A DNA stretch of 61,644 nt, counting the filler. It is 5 parts of 5 records of this genome, joined end to end, with 100 filler letters (N's around TTAATTAATTAA, not from the genome) between each part and the next. Parts side by side here need not be neighbours in the genome. Positions count along the whole stretch, not along the records: positions 24,346 to 40,189 come from DRR378314_757; positions 40,290 to 47,790 come from DRR378314_758; positions 47,891 to 53,016 come from DRR378314_760; 2 more parts are not named here. The stretch is one strand, 5' to 3'. The position numbers and the translations under genes were made by a program. Below, in pieces: positions 39,344-48,170 of this stretch. How positions within the stretch are numbered: position 1 is the stretch's first letter; each line of letters opens with the position of its first letter. The notes beneath the pieces are model-generated. The model saw only the letters and a program-made list of their open reading frames with translations. It ran no database searches and was not told the DNA's origin.

Positions 39344-40189
39344 ATGGCTGCTGTAACTGCTTCAATGGTTAAAGAGCTCCGCGAGCGCACCGGTCTCGGC
39401 ATGATGGAGTGCAAGAAGGCCCTGGTCGCCGCTGAGGGTGACATTGAGCGCGCGATCGACGATCTGCGCAAATCCGGCCAGGCGAAAGCCGCCAAGAAAG
39501 CCGGCCGCACCGCCGCCGAAGGCGTGGTGATGGTGGCTACCACCGAAGACCGCAAGCGCGCGGTGATGGTGGAGATCAACTCCGAAACCGACTTCGTGGC
39601 CCGTGATGACAACTTCCTGGGCTTCGCCAACAAGGTGGCCCAGGCCGCCCTGGACGCGGACGAAGTGGACGCCGCCAAGATCGTGGCGCTGAGCCTGGAA
39701 GACGGCTCCACCGTGGAACAGGCGCGCGAGTCACTGGTTCAGAAAATCGGTGAAAACATCCAGGTTCGCCGCGCGGTGCGCCTGAACGCCACCGACGGCG
39801 TGGTCGGCTCCTACGTGCACGGCGGCAAGATCGGTGTCCTCACCGCGCTGTCCGGCGGCGAGCCGGAGCTGGCCAAGGACGTGTGCATGCACGTGGCCGC
39901 CGTGGCGCCGATGGTGGTGAACTCCGAGAACGTGCCCGAGGACGTGCTGGAAAAAGAGCGTGAGATCATCCGCGCCCAGCCGGACATGGAAGGCAAGCCC
40001 GCCGAGATCGTCGAGAAGATGGTCGGTGGCCGGATCAACAAGTTCCTGAAGGAAGTCAGCCTCACCGATCAGCCGTTCGTGAAGGACCCCAACACCACCG
40101 TGGGTCAGCTGGTCAAGGACGCGGGCGCTGAAGTGCTGGCGTTTGAGCGTCTGGTGGTCGGCGAAGGCATCGAGAAAGAAGAAGTCGAC
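39344..40189 (+). CDS. tsf: Elongation factor Ts (C-terminus cut by contig end)
   Basis: [36 protein letters not shown]. Confidence 0.97.
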
Positions 40190-40289
40190 NNNNNNNNNNN
40201 NNNNNNNNNNNNNNNNNNNNNNNNNNNNNNNNNTTAATTAATTAANNNNNNNNNNNNNNNNNNNNNNNNNNNNNNNNNNNNNNNNNNNN
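40190..40289. other. Artificial contig-joining spacer
   Basis: 44 N + TTAATTAATTAA + 44 N. Confidence 0.98.
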
Positions 40290-40470
40290 GCCACAGGTAG
40301 TGGATCGTGAAGTCTTTGATGCCTGCCTTGCTGCTGCGTAACACGATGCTGCTCGGAGTAAGCTGATCTAGTCGAAGAGTGAGAAGGTCGCGTTGGCGTA
40401 AGCCGGTTTTGTATTTCAGTAGGGCGCACCGGCGTATCCATGGAGAAGAGGACTTCAGGAAGCGGCCAAA
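40290..40470 (-). pseudogene. Degraded phage-type tyrosine integrase fragment
   Basis: Hand translation RFLKSSSPWIRRCALLKYKTGLRQRDLLTLRLDQLT...SSKAGIKDFTIHYLW: box I TGLR..DLL joined directly to a decayed box II (F.IHDL-like). Confidence 0.65.
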
Positions 40471-40677
40471 CTGTACATGGGTAGATATAGCGGTTACGCG
40501 TATGACGTTGAGATTAGAGAAAGCGGTACCGCCCTGAGCGAAGTGTACTTCTGGGTTTTAGCCCAGGTTGCCAATCAAAATGACTTTGTTAATGCCTCGG
40601 GCCGTGTGACCTCCAAATTAAAAAGGCCACCTAATCAAGTAGCCTTTAATCAGTGTCAATTGAACAATCATACTGCT

Positions 40678-41091
40678 TTAGCAGTCTTCTTTGATCCAAT
40701 GTGCTTCCTGAACCATAGTGGCACTTTTGTAGCCGTTTATTTCGGTAACAGTTCGAGTGTGTTCACTACTAAGTATTGTCATCAATACATCCATAGTTAC
40801 ATCTGTTTCATACGATGTATTAACACCTTTTACATTAATAATGTTATCAAACTCGCTATACTTAAAATTATTTATACCCATTTCTTCGAAAGCTGACCGA
40901 AAAGTACCTTCAGGGTCGTTAATATCTTCCTGTGGTATACACTCAACATAATGAGCTTCGCTTTCCAATTCATCAGGAAAAGGACTTTCTGTCTCTCGGG
41001 TTACTTCCCATAGTCCGGCCTTGATATCGAAGCCCCAGGCGGGCATCGAAGCTGCAACCATTAAAGTGGTAATAAGGCTCTTCCTTAGCAT
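40678..41091 (-). CDS. Secreted protein, DUF3617-like
   Basis: Signal peptide, then IKAGLWEVT; Cys near each end of the mature chain; GGAG SD; AT-rich. Confidence 0.65.
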   Translation of the reverse strand: MLRKSLITTLMVAASMPAWGFDIKAGLWEVTRETESPFPDELESEAHYVECIPQEDINDPEGTFRSAFEEMGINNFKYSEFDNIINVKGVNTSYETDVTMDVLMTILSSEHTRTVTEINGYKSATMVQEAHWIKEDC

Positions 41092-41239
41092 GATTCTCTC
41101 CAGTTGTTACAAAGGCAGGCTAAGAATAACTGAATTTTCTACTTGCATGCGAATTGCCTCAATTAAGCGGCGTTGGCCATGGCGCTGTGGGCCCCAAAGA
41201 GAAGGGCCTTGTGGCTCCATAGATAACGGGAATGGTGAG

Positions 41240-41401
41240 TTAGGCTGCGAGCTGCTGCATGGCGGTTTTATAGCCAGACCAGTTATCGACACCCATGGCC
41301 TCCAAGGCGCGCAGCTTGGCTTGGTCGGCCAGAAGTTGATCGTATTCGGCGCGGCTGATGGTGACCGTTTCGAGTTTGTCCTTGTTACTCGCTGATGCGC
41401 T
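41240..41401 (-). pseudogene. 5'-truncated phage-like small gene
   Basis: Open frame with no start: SASASNKDKLETVTISRAEYDQLLADQAKLRALEAMGVDNWSGYKTAMQQLAA*. The TVTI...L.ALE..GVDNW.GY pattern recalls small phage hypothetical proteins. Confidence 0.55.
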
Positions 41402-41512
41402 TTAACACTTACTCGCGAAATTGAAAATTCAGCTACTAAGAATTCGTTGGTAAAAAAGCCATTGCCGTTTGAATTTTTCTCAATCGCTTAAAGTAACGCT
41501 ATCTCTTTGAAT

Positions 41513-41533
41513 TTGTAGCTTTTAAGATACAAT
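41513..41533 (+). promoter_or_regulatory. Palindromic operator overlapping the -10 of the TA operon
   Basis: TTGTAGCTT-TT-AAGATACAA; TACAAT at 41528-41533, 5 nt before the toxin ATG. Confidence 0.6.
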
Positions 41534-41538
41534 GAATT

Positions 41539-41706
41539 ATGACTGAACTTACCCACTACCTTACCGCTGATGGCTATGACCCTTTTCAAGCCTGGTTGGA
41601 TGCTACTAAGGCTAAAGATCGTCAAGCCGCCCAGCAGTCTGACATCGAACAGGCAAAAGCATTTTTGGCCGACCACAAAAGGAGAACACGTCATGAAAAG
41701 TCATGA
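41539..41706 (+). pseudogene. Internally deleted RelE-like addiction-module toxin (HI1419-type)
   Basis: 55 aa MTELTHYLTADGYDPFQAWLDATKAKDRQAA-QQSDIEQAKAFLADHKRR; both family termini present, central GNFGD/ELR/GYRVY/GGDK core absent. Confidence 0.75.
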
Positions 41707-42004
41707 TGAAGCAGTTATTGAGATGCTGCGCACTGACCCCAATATGGCTCTGGACTACCTGCGCGCAGCGTTTGATGAGCTGGACGAAGAGGGGGGAGAG
41801 TCAGCTTTCCTAATGGCGCTGCGTCATGTTGTCGAAGCACAAGGTGGAATGGCGCTGGTAGCAGAGCGCGCCAAAGTATCACGCGAAAGCCTTTACCGCG
41901 CTTTATCCCCTAAAGGCAATCCGACACTTCGCACCATGACAGCAGTTATTAAAGCCACAGGCGTTAACTTCCACGATCTTACCCATCAAGCGCCAGCAAG
42001 CTAA
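41693..42004 (+). CDS. Addiction-module antitoxin (HI1420-type HTH)
   Basis: FLMALRHVVEAQGGM..VAERAKVSRESLYRALSPKGNPTLRT; AGGAG SD before ATG 41693. Confidence 0.9.
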   Translation: MKSHDEAVIEMLRTDPNMALDYLRAAFDELDEEGGESAFLMALRHVVEAQGGMALVAERAKVSRESLYRALSPKGNPTLRTMTAVIKATGVNFHDLTHQAPAS

Positions 42005-42059
42005 AACCACTTAAAAGACGTGCATAGCGTCGCATCGAAGCGCACACAAGCACCTGTAT

Positions 42060-42146
42060 TTATTCGACCTCAGGCCATCCAGCGGTGAGCACCTCTCCAG
42101 TACGTGTGGCCGTCAGTATCAAAAGCTGTTGTGCTTTTGATGACAT
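42060..42146 (-). pseudogene. P4-like tyrosine integrase fragment
   Basis: AQQLLILTATRTGEVLTAGWPEVE* matches the box I pattern (L.ILT..R.GE...A.W.E), then stops. Confidence 0.65.
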
Positions 42147-42276
42147 GCTGTTCAAGAGCCTTGGTTTATTGAAGTACTGAAAAGTCATTTTTAATAAATA
42201 GCCTCTACAATAATGTTGTACTGGTATTTGAGACTCAATACCTTTTGCTATTCCTTCCCCTGACCCTGGAGCTGTC

Positions 42277-43188
42277 TTGGATAGATTCGAAGAGATGCGC
42301 GTGTTTGCGGCGGTGGCACAACTGGAGAGCTTTTCGGTTGCTGCGCGGCAGCTTACGCTGTCGCCGCCTCGGGTGACTCGGGTAGTGGCGGCGCTTGAAG
42401 CGCGTTTGGGTGTTGCGTTGTTACAACGCACGACGCGGCAGGTGCGCGTAACGGAAGCGGGGCGTCGTTATCTTGAGGATGCCCACCAGGTACTTGCCCA
42501 GCTTGCGGAGGCTGAGGCCGCTGCGACCGGTAGCTATCTCACCCCACGCGGCCTATTGCACGTCACTGCGCCAGTGCTGTTCGGCGAGTACTTCGTTACC
42601 CCGCAGATCGTCGACTATCTGGAACAGTATCCTGATGTGCAGGTTCGCGCCGAACTGATCGATCGACCGGTTAACTTGCTGGAGGAAGGCATCGATGTGG
42701 CGGTACGCATCGGCCACGTGCCAGAGAACTGTCAAAACTTGACCGTGCCGGTGGGTGAGGTGCGGCAAGTGGTTTGCGCAAGCCCTGCATGGTTGGCCCA
42801 GCACGGTGAGCCAACGCACCCGCTGGAGCTGGAAGCACTGCCCACGGTGGTGGCGGAAGGCGGAAACTTGAGCGGGCACTGGTGGTTCGAAGAGCAAGGC
42901 AAACGCATTGAGGTGACGCCATCGCCACGGCTGCGCATCAGCGCTATTCACGCGGCGTTAACAGCGGTCGAGGCAGATGCGGGGCTCACACGACTGCTCT
43001 CTTACCAAGTGGCTGCTAGTGAAGCTGAAGGAAGAGTGCGGCGCGTGTTGAGGCATTTCGAACCCGTTGCCATTCCCATTAATATTTGGGTGACGGCGGG
43101 CCGTGGGCGCGCTGCCAGCGTGCGTACCTTCGTTGACTTTCTTGCCGAGCGGCTACGTGCCGATCCGGCGCTCGGCTATCGTACCTAA
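42277..43188 (+). CDS. LysR family transcriptional regulator
   Basis: MDRFEEMRVF...SFSVAARQL...LEARLGVALLQRTTR; VNLLEEGIDVAVRIG. TTG start after GGAG. Confidence 0.93.
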   Translation: MDRFEEMRVFAAVAQLESFSVAARQLTLSPPRVTRVVAALEARLGVALLQRTTRQVRVTEAGRRYLEDAHQVLAQLAEAEAAATGSYLTPRGLLHVTAPVLFGEYFVTPQIVDYLEQYPDVQVRAELIDRPVNLLEEGIDVAVRIGHVPENCQNLTVPVGEVRQVVCASPAWLAQHGEPTHPLELEALPTVVAEGGNLSGHWWFEEQGKRIEVTPSPRLRISAIHAALTAVEADAGLTRLLSYQVAASEAEGRVRRVLRHFEPVAIPINIWVTAGRGRAASVRTFVDFLAERLRADPALGYRT

Positions 43189-43190
43189 CC

Positions 43191-44099
43191 ATGGTGCTCC
43201 CACCTGAGTCGGCGCTGCGCTTTGAGGCTTTAATGGCGCTCTCTGCCGTTGCCCAACACGGCAGCGTGCAGGCCGCCGCTGATGCGGGCAGCCTCTCAGC
43301 GCCCAAGATCCATCGTTTGCTGCGTGCGCAGGAGCAGCGCTTAGGCGTCGCTTTAGTCACGACATCAACGAGAGGCAGCACATTGACCCCGGCTGGCGAG
43401 CGTTTGCGCGAATACGCTGACACACTGATCCACACAGTTACCGATGCTGAAACCAGTGCGCGCTTAGAGCATCGCGAGCTCAAGGATACGTTACGTATAC
43501 AAGCGCCCCAAACGTTGGTGGAACCACTCCTATTGCCGGTGGTACTGCAATTGCAAGAGCAGCATCCCGCGCTGAAGGTCTACTTGCTGGTTGATGAACA
43601 TCCCATACAGATAGAGAGCGATGCGCCTGTGCATCTTCGCCTTATGCGTGGGTCGCTACCTGGGAGCGTTTACGCTAGGGCCCTAGGTGATTTGCGCATT
43701 GGCTTGTTTGCCAGCCCTCATTATCTGAATAAGGCAGGGCGTCCTGAAAACCTCAACAGCTTGGCCCTCCATGCGCTTATTCACTGTCATCGGGAAGGGC
43801 AGGCGCCTGTTTGGCGTTTGGCTGAAGGCCAATCCTTTCGCTTTGAACCCCGGCTTAGCGTTAGCGCAAGTGCCGCAGGGCTGCAGGCGGCTATAGATGG
43901 TGCGGGCATCGTACGTTGCTACGCGCTAGAAGCGCGTCGTGCTTGCGCGCAGGGGCTGCTCGAACCTGTCGCCAAACCCCTCTGGCCTAAGGCTGACACT
44001 CTGGCGCTAACCTACACCCTTGGTATTCGAGCGCCTGCCAGCGTTATGGCGTTCCTTGAGCTGGCAACTCCTTGGCTGCGGGCGCAGTTGGCGGAGTAA
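43191..44099 (+). CDS. Second, divergent LysR family regulator
   Basis: GSVQAAA...EQRLGVALVTTSTRG..LTPAG HTH region; ASPHYL...P..L..HALI; starts 2 nt after the first LysR stop. Confidence 0.8.
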   Translation: MVLPPESALRFEALMALSAVAQHGSVQAAADAGSLSAPKIHRLLRAQEQRLGVALVTTSTRGSTLTPAGERLREYADTLIHTVTDAETSARLEHRELKDTLRIQAPQTLVEPLLLPVVLQLQEQHPALKVYLLVDEHPIQIESDAPVHLRLMRGSLPGSVYARALGDLRIGLFASPHYLNKAGRPENLNSLALHALIHCHREGQAPVWRLAEGQSFRFEPRLSVSASAAGLQAAIDGAGIVRCYALEARRACAQGLLEPVAKPLWPKADTLALTYTLGIRAPASVMAFLELATPWLRAQLAE

Positions 44100-44233
44100 T
44101 TATTTCATTTAGCGCAATTTTGTGTTGTTCATGATCGCTATTCTTGCATCTCTTTGCTTGGCGCAGAATGAGTGACGTCACTCAATAGTGGTGACACTCA
44201 TTTATTGAAAGCGCTTATTCAAGGAGCCCAACA

Positions 44234-44857
44234 ATGTCCAATGCTATCAAGGTTTATCGCCACGCTCTTTCTGGCCACTGCCACCGCATTGAGCTGATGC
44301 TTTCTCTGCTCGATTTGTCTGCCAGCTTTATCGATGTTGATCTAGCCGCAGGCGAGCATAAAGTGCCACATTTCCTGAATTTGAATGCCTTCGCACAGGT
44401 GCCAGTGCTTGATGATCAAGGCGTTATCCTGGCAGATTCCAATGCCATTCTGGTCTATCTGGAGCGTCGCTATGGGTCCGGTCGCTGGCTGCCTGACGAC
44501 CCGCTAATTCAAGCACAGGTGCAGCGCTGGTTGTCGGTGGCGGCTGGGCCGCTTGCGAACTCCGCTATGAAGGCTCGCTTGGTCACGGTGTTTAATGCTC
44601 CTTTCGACTCTGAACCGCTGATTGCTGATGCTCATGAGCTTTTTAAAATTGTAGATGCCCACTTAGTAAATCAGCCTTTCCTAGCAGGTGAGCAGGCCAC
44701 CCTGGCGGAGGTTTCGCTCTACAGCTACATCGCCCATGCACCTGAAGGGAATGTCTCGCTGGAACCTTACCCGCATATTCGCACCTGGCTTCAGCGTATC
44801 GAGTCGTTGGAAGGGTTCGTGCCTATGGGCGTGACCAAGGTTGGGTTGGTCCGCTAG
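44234..44857 (+). CDS. Glutathione S-transferase
   Basis: LSGHCHR, QVPVL.D...ADSNAILVYL, YSYIAHAPEGNVSL. Confidence 0.93.
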   Translation: MSNAIKVYRHALSGHCHRIELMLSLLDLSASFIDVDLAAGEHKVPHFLNLNAFAQVPVLDDQGVILADSNAILVYLERRYGSGRWLPDDPLIQAQVQRWLSVAAGPLANSAMKARLVTVFNAPFDSEPLIADAHELFKIVDAHLVNQPFLAGEQATLAEVSLYSYIAHAPEGNVSLEPYPHIRTWLQRIESLEGFVPMGVTKVGLVR

Positions 44858-44914
44858 GCCAGCCGATGCAGCATTCCAAATCGGTGCGGGCGAACTGCTC
44901 GCGAGGAGTCAAGG

Positions 44915-46882
44915 GTGAATAACGACATCACCAGCAGCCCATGGCATCAAGGCGAACTTGCTTTGCAACGGGTGGTCGGTGTGGAACAGCAGATGGCAGA
45001 GGTGGGCCGCAAGGTGATGCGTCCCTTTCTGACACCGCAGCTCCAGCACTTCTTCCCTCAACTGCCGTTTGTGGCAGCAGCGGCGGTGGATAGTGACAGC
45101 TGGCCATGGGTCTCACTGCTGGAAGGCCCTCCAGGATTCGTTGATGCGCCGGACGAATCACGGTTGGATCTAGCGTTATCACCGCCAGCAGATGACCCCC
45201 TTACACCGCTGCTTATCAACGGCGCCAACATTGGGCTACTGGGTATCGAGCTTCACACGCGCCGTCGTAACCGGGTCAACGGAGTACTGCGGGGTTCAGC
45301 AGGTCAATGGCAGTTGGAAGTGGCTCATGCCTTCGGTAATTGCCCGCAGTACATTCACGACTGGTCGACGATGAACTCAGTACAGCCCCAGCCGGGTTCC
45401 GTGCTAGCCATGCGCGACGCGAACCTAGGTCAATTACCGGCGCCAGTGCTTGAGCATATTGATCGTGCGATCACGGTCTTCGTGGGCAGTTACGCCCATA
45501 CCGACCAAGGCGTTCAGGTGGACGCCTCTCATCGTGGTGGGCAACCGGGATTTATTCGGCGCCTGGGATGTGATCTGATTCTGCCCGATTTTGCGGGCAA
45601 TCGATTCTTCAATACGCTAGGCAACGTGCTGTCCAGCGGCCGCGCTGCCTTAGTAATACCGGATTTTGCCAGTGGAGATGTGCTGCACCTCTCCGGTGAA
45701 GCGCGGCTTATGGACGAGGATACCGTAGGGGCGCGGTATCCCGGCGCTGAACGCTACTGGTGTCTGACGCCACGCCATATTGTCTGGCGCCCAGGGGCGT
45801 TGCACTGGCGTAGCCACGCAAATGAAGTGGCCGCTGAGGTTGAACTCCATGGGCCCTGGGAAGCGCTTGCCCCCTCCACACTACAGCGCGTTCAAGTAAC
45901 CGCCGTGGTGGAGGAGACGCCCGAGATTCGCTCTTTCTATTTGAAGAGTTACCAGCAAGGTAAAGCGTTGGCTCCATTTAAAGCGGGACAGTTCATTACG
46001 CTACGTGTACCGCGCTTGGATGGTACGCCGCTGGTACGCAGCTATACGCTTTCGGGCGATAGCCAGCAGGCCGACTATCGCATCAGTGTTAAGGCCGACG
46101 GCGAGGGATCGCGTTACTTACACAGTGCGCTGCAGGTGGGCTCGGAGTTGTCTGTCAGCCTGCCGAGTGGCTCGTTTACTACACATGCTAGCGGCTCAGA
46201 CCGTGCTCACTGGGTGCTGTTGGGAGGTGGCATCGGCATTACGCCGATACTGAGTTTGGCGCATGAGCTAACCGGCGCAGACCGGGGCCCCGTAACCTTA
46301 ATTCATAGCGTGCGACATGCTAGTGAGTCGCCTTTTAGTGAGGAGCTACTCGACCTGAGCGCGCAGGGGCTACGATTACAGCGCCACGTTACCGGATCTG
46401 CCAATGTCCCTAACGGCTGGATTCCAGGTCGGGTTTCGCTGGTGGAGGTTCTGGCTGATAAAGTCCTTTCCGAAGTGCAGCTGTACTTATGCGGCCCCGC
46501 TACCTTTGTCCAGCATTACCATGAGGAGGCGTTGGCTCTAGGACTCGCACCCAATCAGATACACACAGAAGCCTTCGGCCCTTCGGCGCTAGCAAAAACA
46601 TACGCAGTACCATCCGCTGAACAAGCGGTAGAAGTAAGCTTTGCCAATTCTAGTGTGGTAGCTCACTGGCAACCTGGTGAAACTCTTTTGGAAACTGCTG
46701 AAAAAGCAGGACTTCATCCTGCCTATGGATGTCGCAGCGGTAGCTGTGGAGAGTGCGCCTGCTTATTGGATCAGGGGGAGGTGACCTATCCAGAAGGCAT
46801 ATCAGTACCAGAGGGAAAAGTTCTACTGTGCAGTGCTCGACCTGCTAAGCACTCTGGAAGGCTTGCGATACATCTTCCTTAG
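44915..46882 (+). CDS. Fusion: pyridoxamine-5'-phosphate-oxidase-like domains + FAD/NAD reductase + 2Fe-2S ferredoxin
   Basis: RRRNRVNG, FGNCPQYI, DASHRGG.PGF, PDFAGNRFFNTLGN; RSYTLS, GGIGITP, YLCGP, EAFG; CRSGSCGEC...C. Confidence 0.88.
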   Translation: MNNDITSSPWHQGELALQRVVGVEQQMAEVGRKVMRPFLTPQLQHFFPQLPFVAAAAVDSDSWPWVSLLEGPPGFVDAPDESRLDLALSPPADDPLTPLLINGANIGLLGIELHTRRRNRVNGVLRGSAGQWQLEVAHAFGNCPQYIHDWSTMNSVQPQPGSVLAMRDANLGQLPAPVLEHIDRAITVFVGSYAHTDQGVQVDASHRGGQPGFIRRLGCDLILPDFAGNRFFNTLGNVLSSGRAALVIPDFASGDVLHLSGEARLMDEDTVGARYPGAERYWCLTPRHIVWRPGALHWRSHANEVAAEVELHGPWEALAPSTLQRVQVTAVVEETPEIRSFYLKSYQQGKALAPFKAGQFITLRVPRLDGTPLVRSYTLSGDSQQADYRISVKADGEGSRYLHSALQVGSELSVSLPSGSFTTHASGSDRAHWVLLGGGIGITPILSLAHELTGADRGPVTLIHSVRHASESPFSEELLDLSAQGLRLQRHVTGSANVPNGWIPGRVSLVEVLADKVLSEVQLYLCGPATFVQHYHEEALALGLAPNQIHTEAFGPSALAKTYAVPSAEQAVEVSFANSSVVAHWQPGETLLETAEKAGLHPAYGCRSGSCGECACLLDQGEVTYPEGISVPEGKVLLCSARPAKHSGRLAIHLP

Positions 46883-46892
46883 GGGATTCTCA

Positions 46893-46920
46893 GTGATGGA
46901 AGTGGCCTTTTTTCCATCAC
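46893..46920. terminator. Hairpin after the oxidoreductase gene
   Basis: GTGATGGAA-N10-TTCCATCAC, 10 nt after the stop; no clear U-tract on +. Confidence 0.45.
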
Positions 46921-47194
46921 GTGGGTGTGGCGCGCCTACCCCAAACGACGGAACCTGGTTTAGCCAGCTTAGCCCAACCATGACCACTGCGCGTTTTTCT
47001 ACTGACAGTTGTAATATGAGCACTCATATTTCAGGGGGCAGCATGCTGTGAGTTTCGGTAAAACAATTGTTTATGATAAGGCGCTGTATACTGATGCGCA
47101 TTTTTCTGGCAAAACGCATCGCTCAGGCGAGCTGCGTTTTTATAAGTTTCAATAAATTACGGCCGTTTAGTCAGAATGATTATTACCAGAAAAC

Positions 47195-47223
47195 CACGCA
47201 TGTTCATTAATAAACTGTTATGC
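47195..47223 (+). mobile_element. attI-like integron recombination site
   Basis: GCATGTTCATTAATAAACTG/TTATGC. GTTATGC at 47217-47223 is the exact reverse complement of the attC inverse core GCATAAC; no attC hairpin upstream. Confidence 0.6.
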
Positions 47224-47232
47224 AATGAAGCT

Positions 47233-47736
47233 ATGAAATATCAAAAACTGCACATAATTGGTGGCCCGGGAAGCGGAAAGTCATATATTGCTAGAAGGCT
47301 TTCAGAGAAATATGGGCTGCCTCAGCACGATTTAGATGACATATTTTGGGACCGAAACCATACGGATTACATTAGGTCTAGCGACGAGGCACGGCAAAGA
47401 AACTTAGACTCAATCCTGTCGAATGAAACCTGGATAATTGAAGGGGTCTATTATAAATGGCTAGAGAAGTCCTTTGAGGGCGCCGATAAGATAATTGTTC
47501 TCAATACGCCAGTGTTGTTGAGGCAATGGAGGGTTCTGCGGCGCTTTTTGGGCTACAAACTTTCACGCAGCCACGAAAAAGATGAAACGTTTGCAAACCT
47601 TATTGAATTGATATCTTGGAACCAAAAGTACGACCGGGACAATCTGGTGCGGTTTTATGCGTTTTCCAAAGCTCAAGCTCATAAAATAGTAGTTTGCAGC
47701 AGTTTCTCTGAGGTAGAACGAGCGGTTAATGCATAA
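47233..47736 (+). CDS. Integron cassette gene: P-loop kinase / FlaR-like topology modulation protein
   Basis: IIGGPGSGKS Walker A, DLDDIFW, WIIEGVY; AT-rich; stop TAA lies inside the attC inverse core. Confidence 0.85.
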   Translation: MKYQKLHIIGGPGSGKSYIARRLSEKYGLPQHDLDDIFWDRNHTDYIRSSDEARQRNLDSILSNETWIIEGVYYKWLEKSFEGADKIIVLNTPVLLRQWRVLRRFLGYKLSRSHEKDETFANLIELISWNQKYDRDNLVRFYAFSKAQAHKIVVCSSFSEVERAVNA

Positions 47737-47790
47737 CCAAACCATCAAATACGCTCCCTTCGGTCGCCGGACGCTCGTTCCTCGCGCCGT
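47731..47790 (+). mobile_element. attC site (left part; truncated by contig end)
   Basis: GCATAAC inverse core, 5-nt spacer, CATCAAAT box, then GC-rich stem ACGCTCCCTTCGGTCGCCGGACGC...GCGCCGT. Confidence 0.82.
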
Positions 47791-47890
47791 NNNNNNNNNN
47801 NNNNNNNNNNNNNNNNNNNNNNNNNNNNNNNNNNTTAATTAATTAANNNNNNNNNNNNNNNNNNNNNNNNNNNNNNNNNNNNNNNNNNNN
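47791..47890. other. Artificial contig-joining spacer
   Basis: 44 N + TTAATTAATTAA + 44 N. Confidence 0.98.
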
Positions 47891-47942
47891 ACGGCAGCAC
47901 CAACAGCGTCTCTGGCATCCTGCCGGCCGGCTTTGCCCGCCT

Positions 47943-47966
47943 TTCGCTTGCAAGCAAGCTCCCACA
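47943..47966 (-). repeat. REP element (GTGG/GTAG family)
   Basis: Minus strand TGTGGGAGCTTGCTTGCAAGCGAA: GT(A/G)G tetranucleotide, palindrome, CGAA end. Confidence 0.72.
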
Positions 47967-48027
47967 AGCCCGCCCCCACAAACTCCGGCAAAGTTGTGCC
48001 GGGGCCGGCGTTGCTCTATGTTTGCCA

Positions 48028-48170
48028 CCGCTTCAGGTGTACGGGAAGCCGGTGAAAGGCCGGCGCTGCCCCCGCAACGGTATGAGGTAGCCGTTACCAC
48101 AACGCCACCAGGCACGTCCTGGGAAGGCGGTAACGGCGCCACCCCTCGAGCCCGGAGACCGGCCTGTCGC
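48028..48170 (+). promoter_or_regulatory. Cobalamin riboswitch
   Basis: CAGGT...CGGGAA-GCCGGTGAAAGGCCGGCGCTGCCCCCGCAACGGTA...GCCACC...GGGAAGGC...GAGCCCGGAGACCGGCCTG (B12 box) before a btuB-like gene. Confidence 0.93.

Noticed and set aside
41570-41692. 41-aa N-terminal extension of the antitoxin
   Set aside because: This stretch is the deleted toxin in another frame; an AGGAG SD supports ATG 41693.
47084-47099. LexA box near the attI-like site
   Set aside because: CTGTATACTGATGCGC has only the left CTGT half; no ACAG.
47176-47232. Longer start for the cassette gene
   Set aside because: It crosses the cassette boundary at 47217; family similarity starts at MKYQKLHIIG. A fusion start from the attI side cannot be fully excluded.
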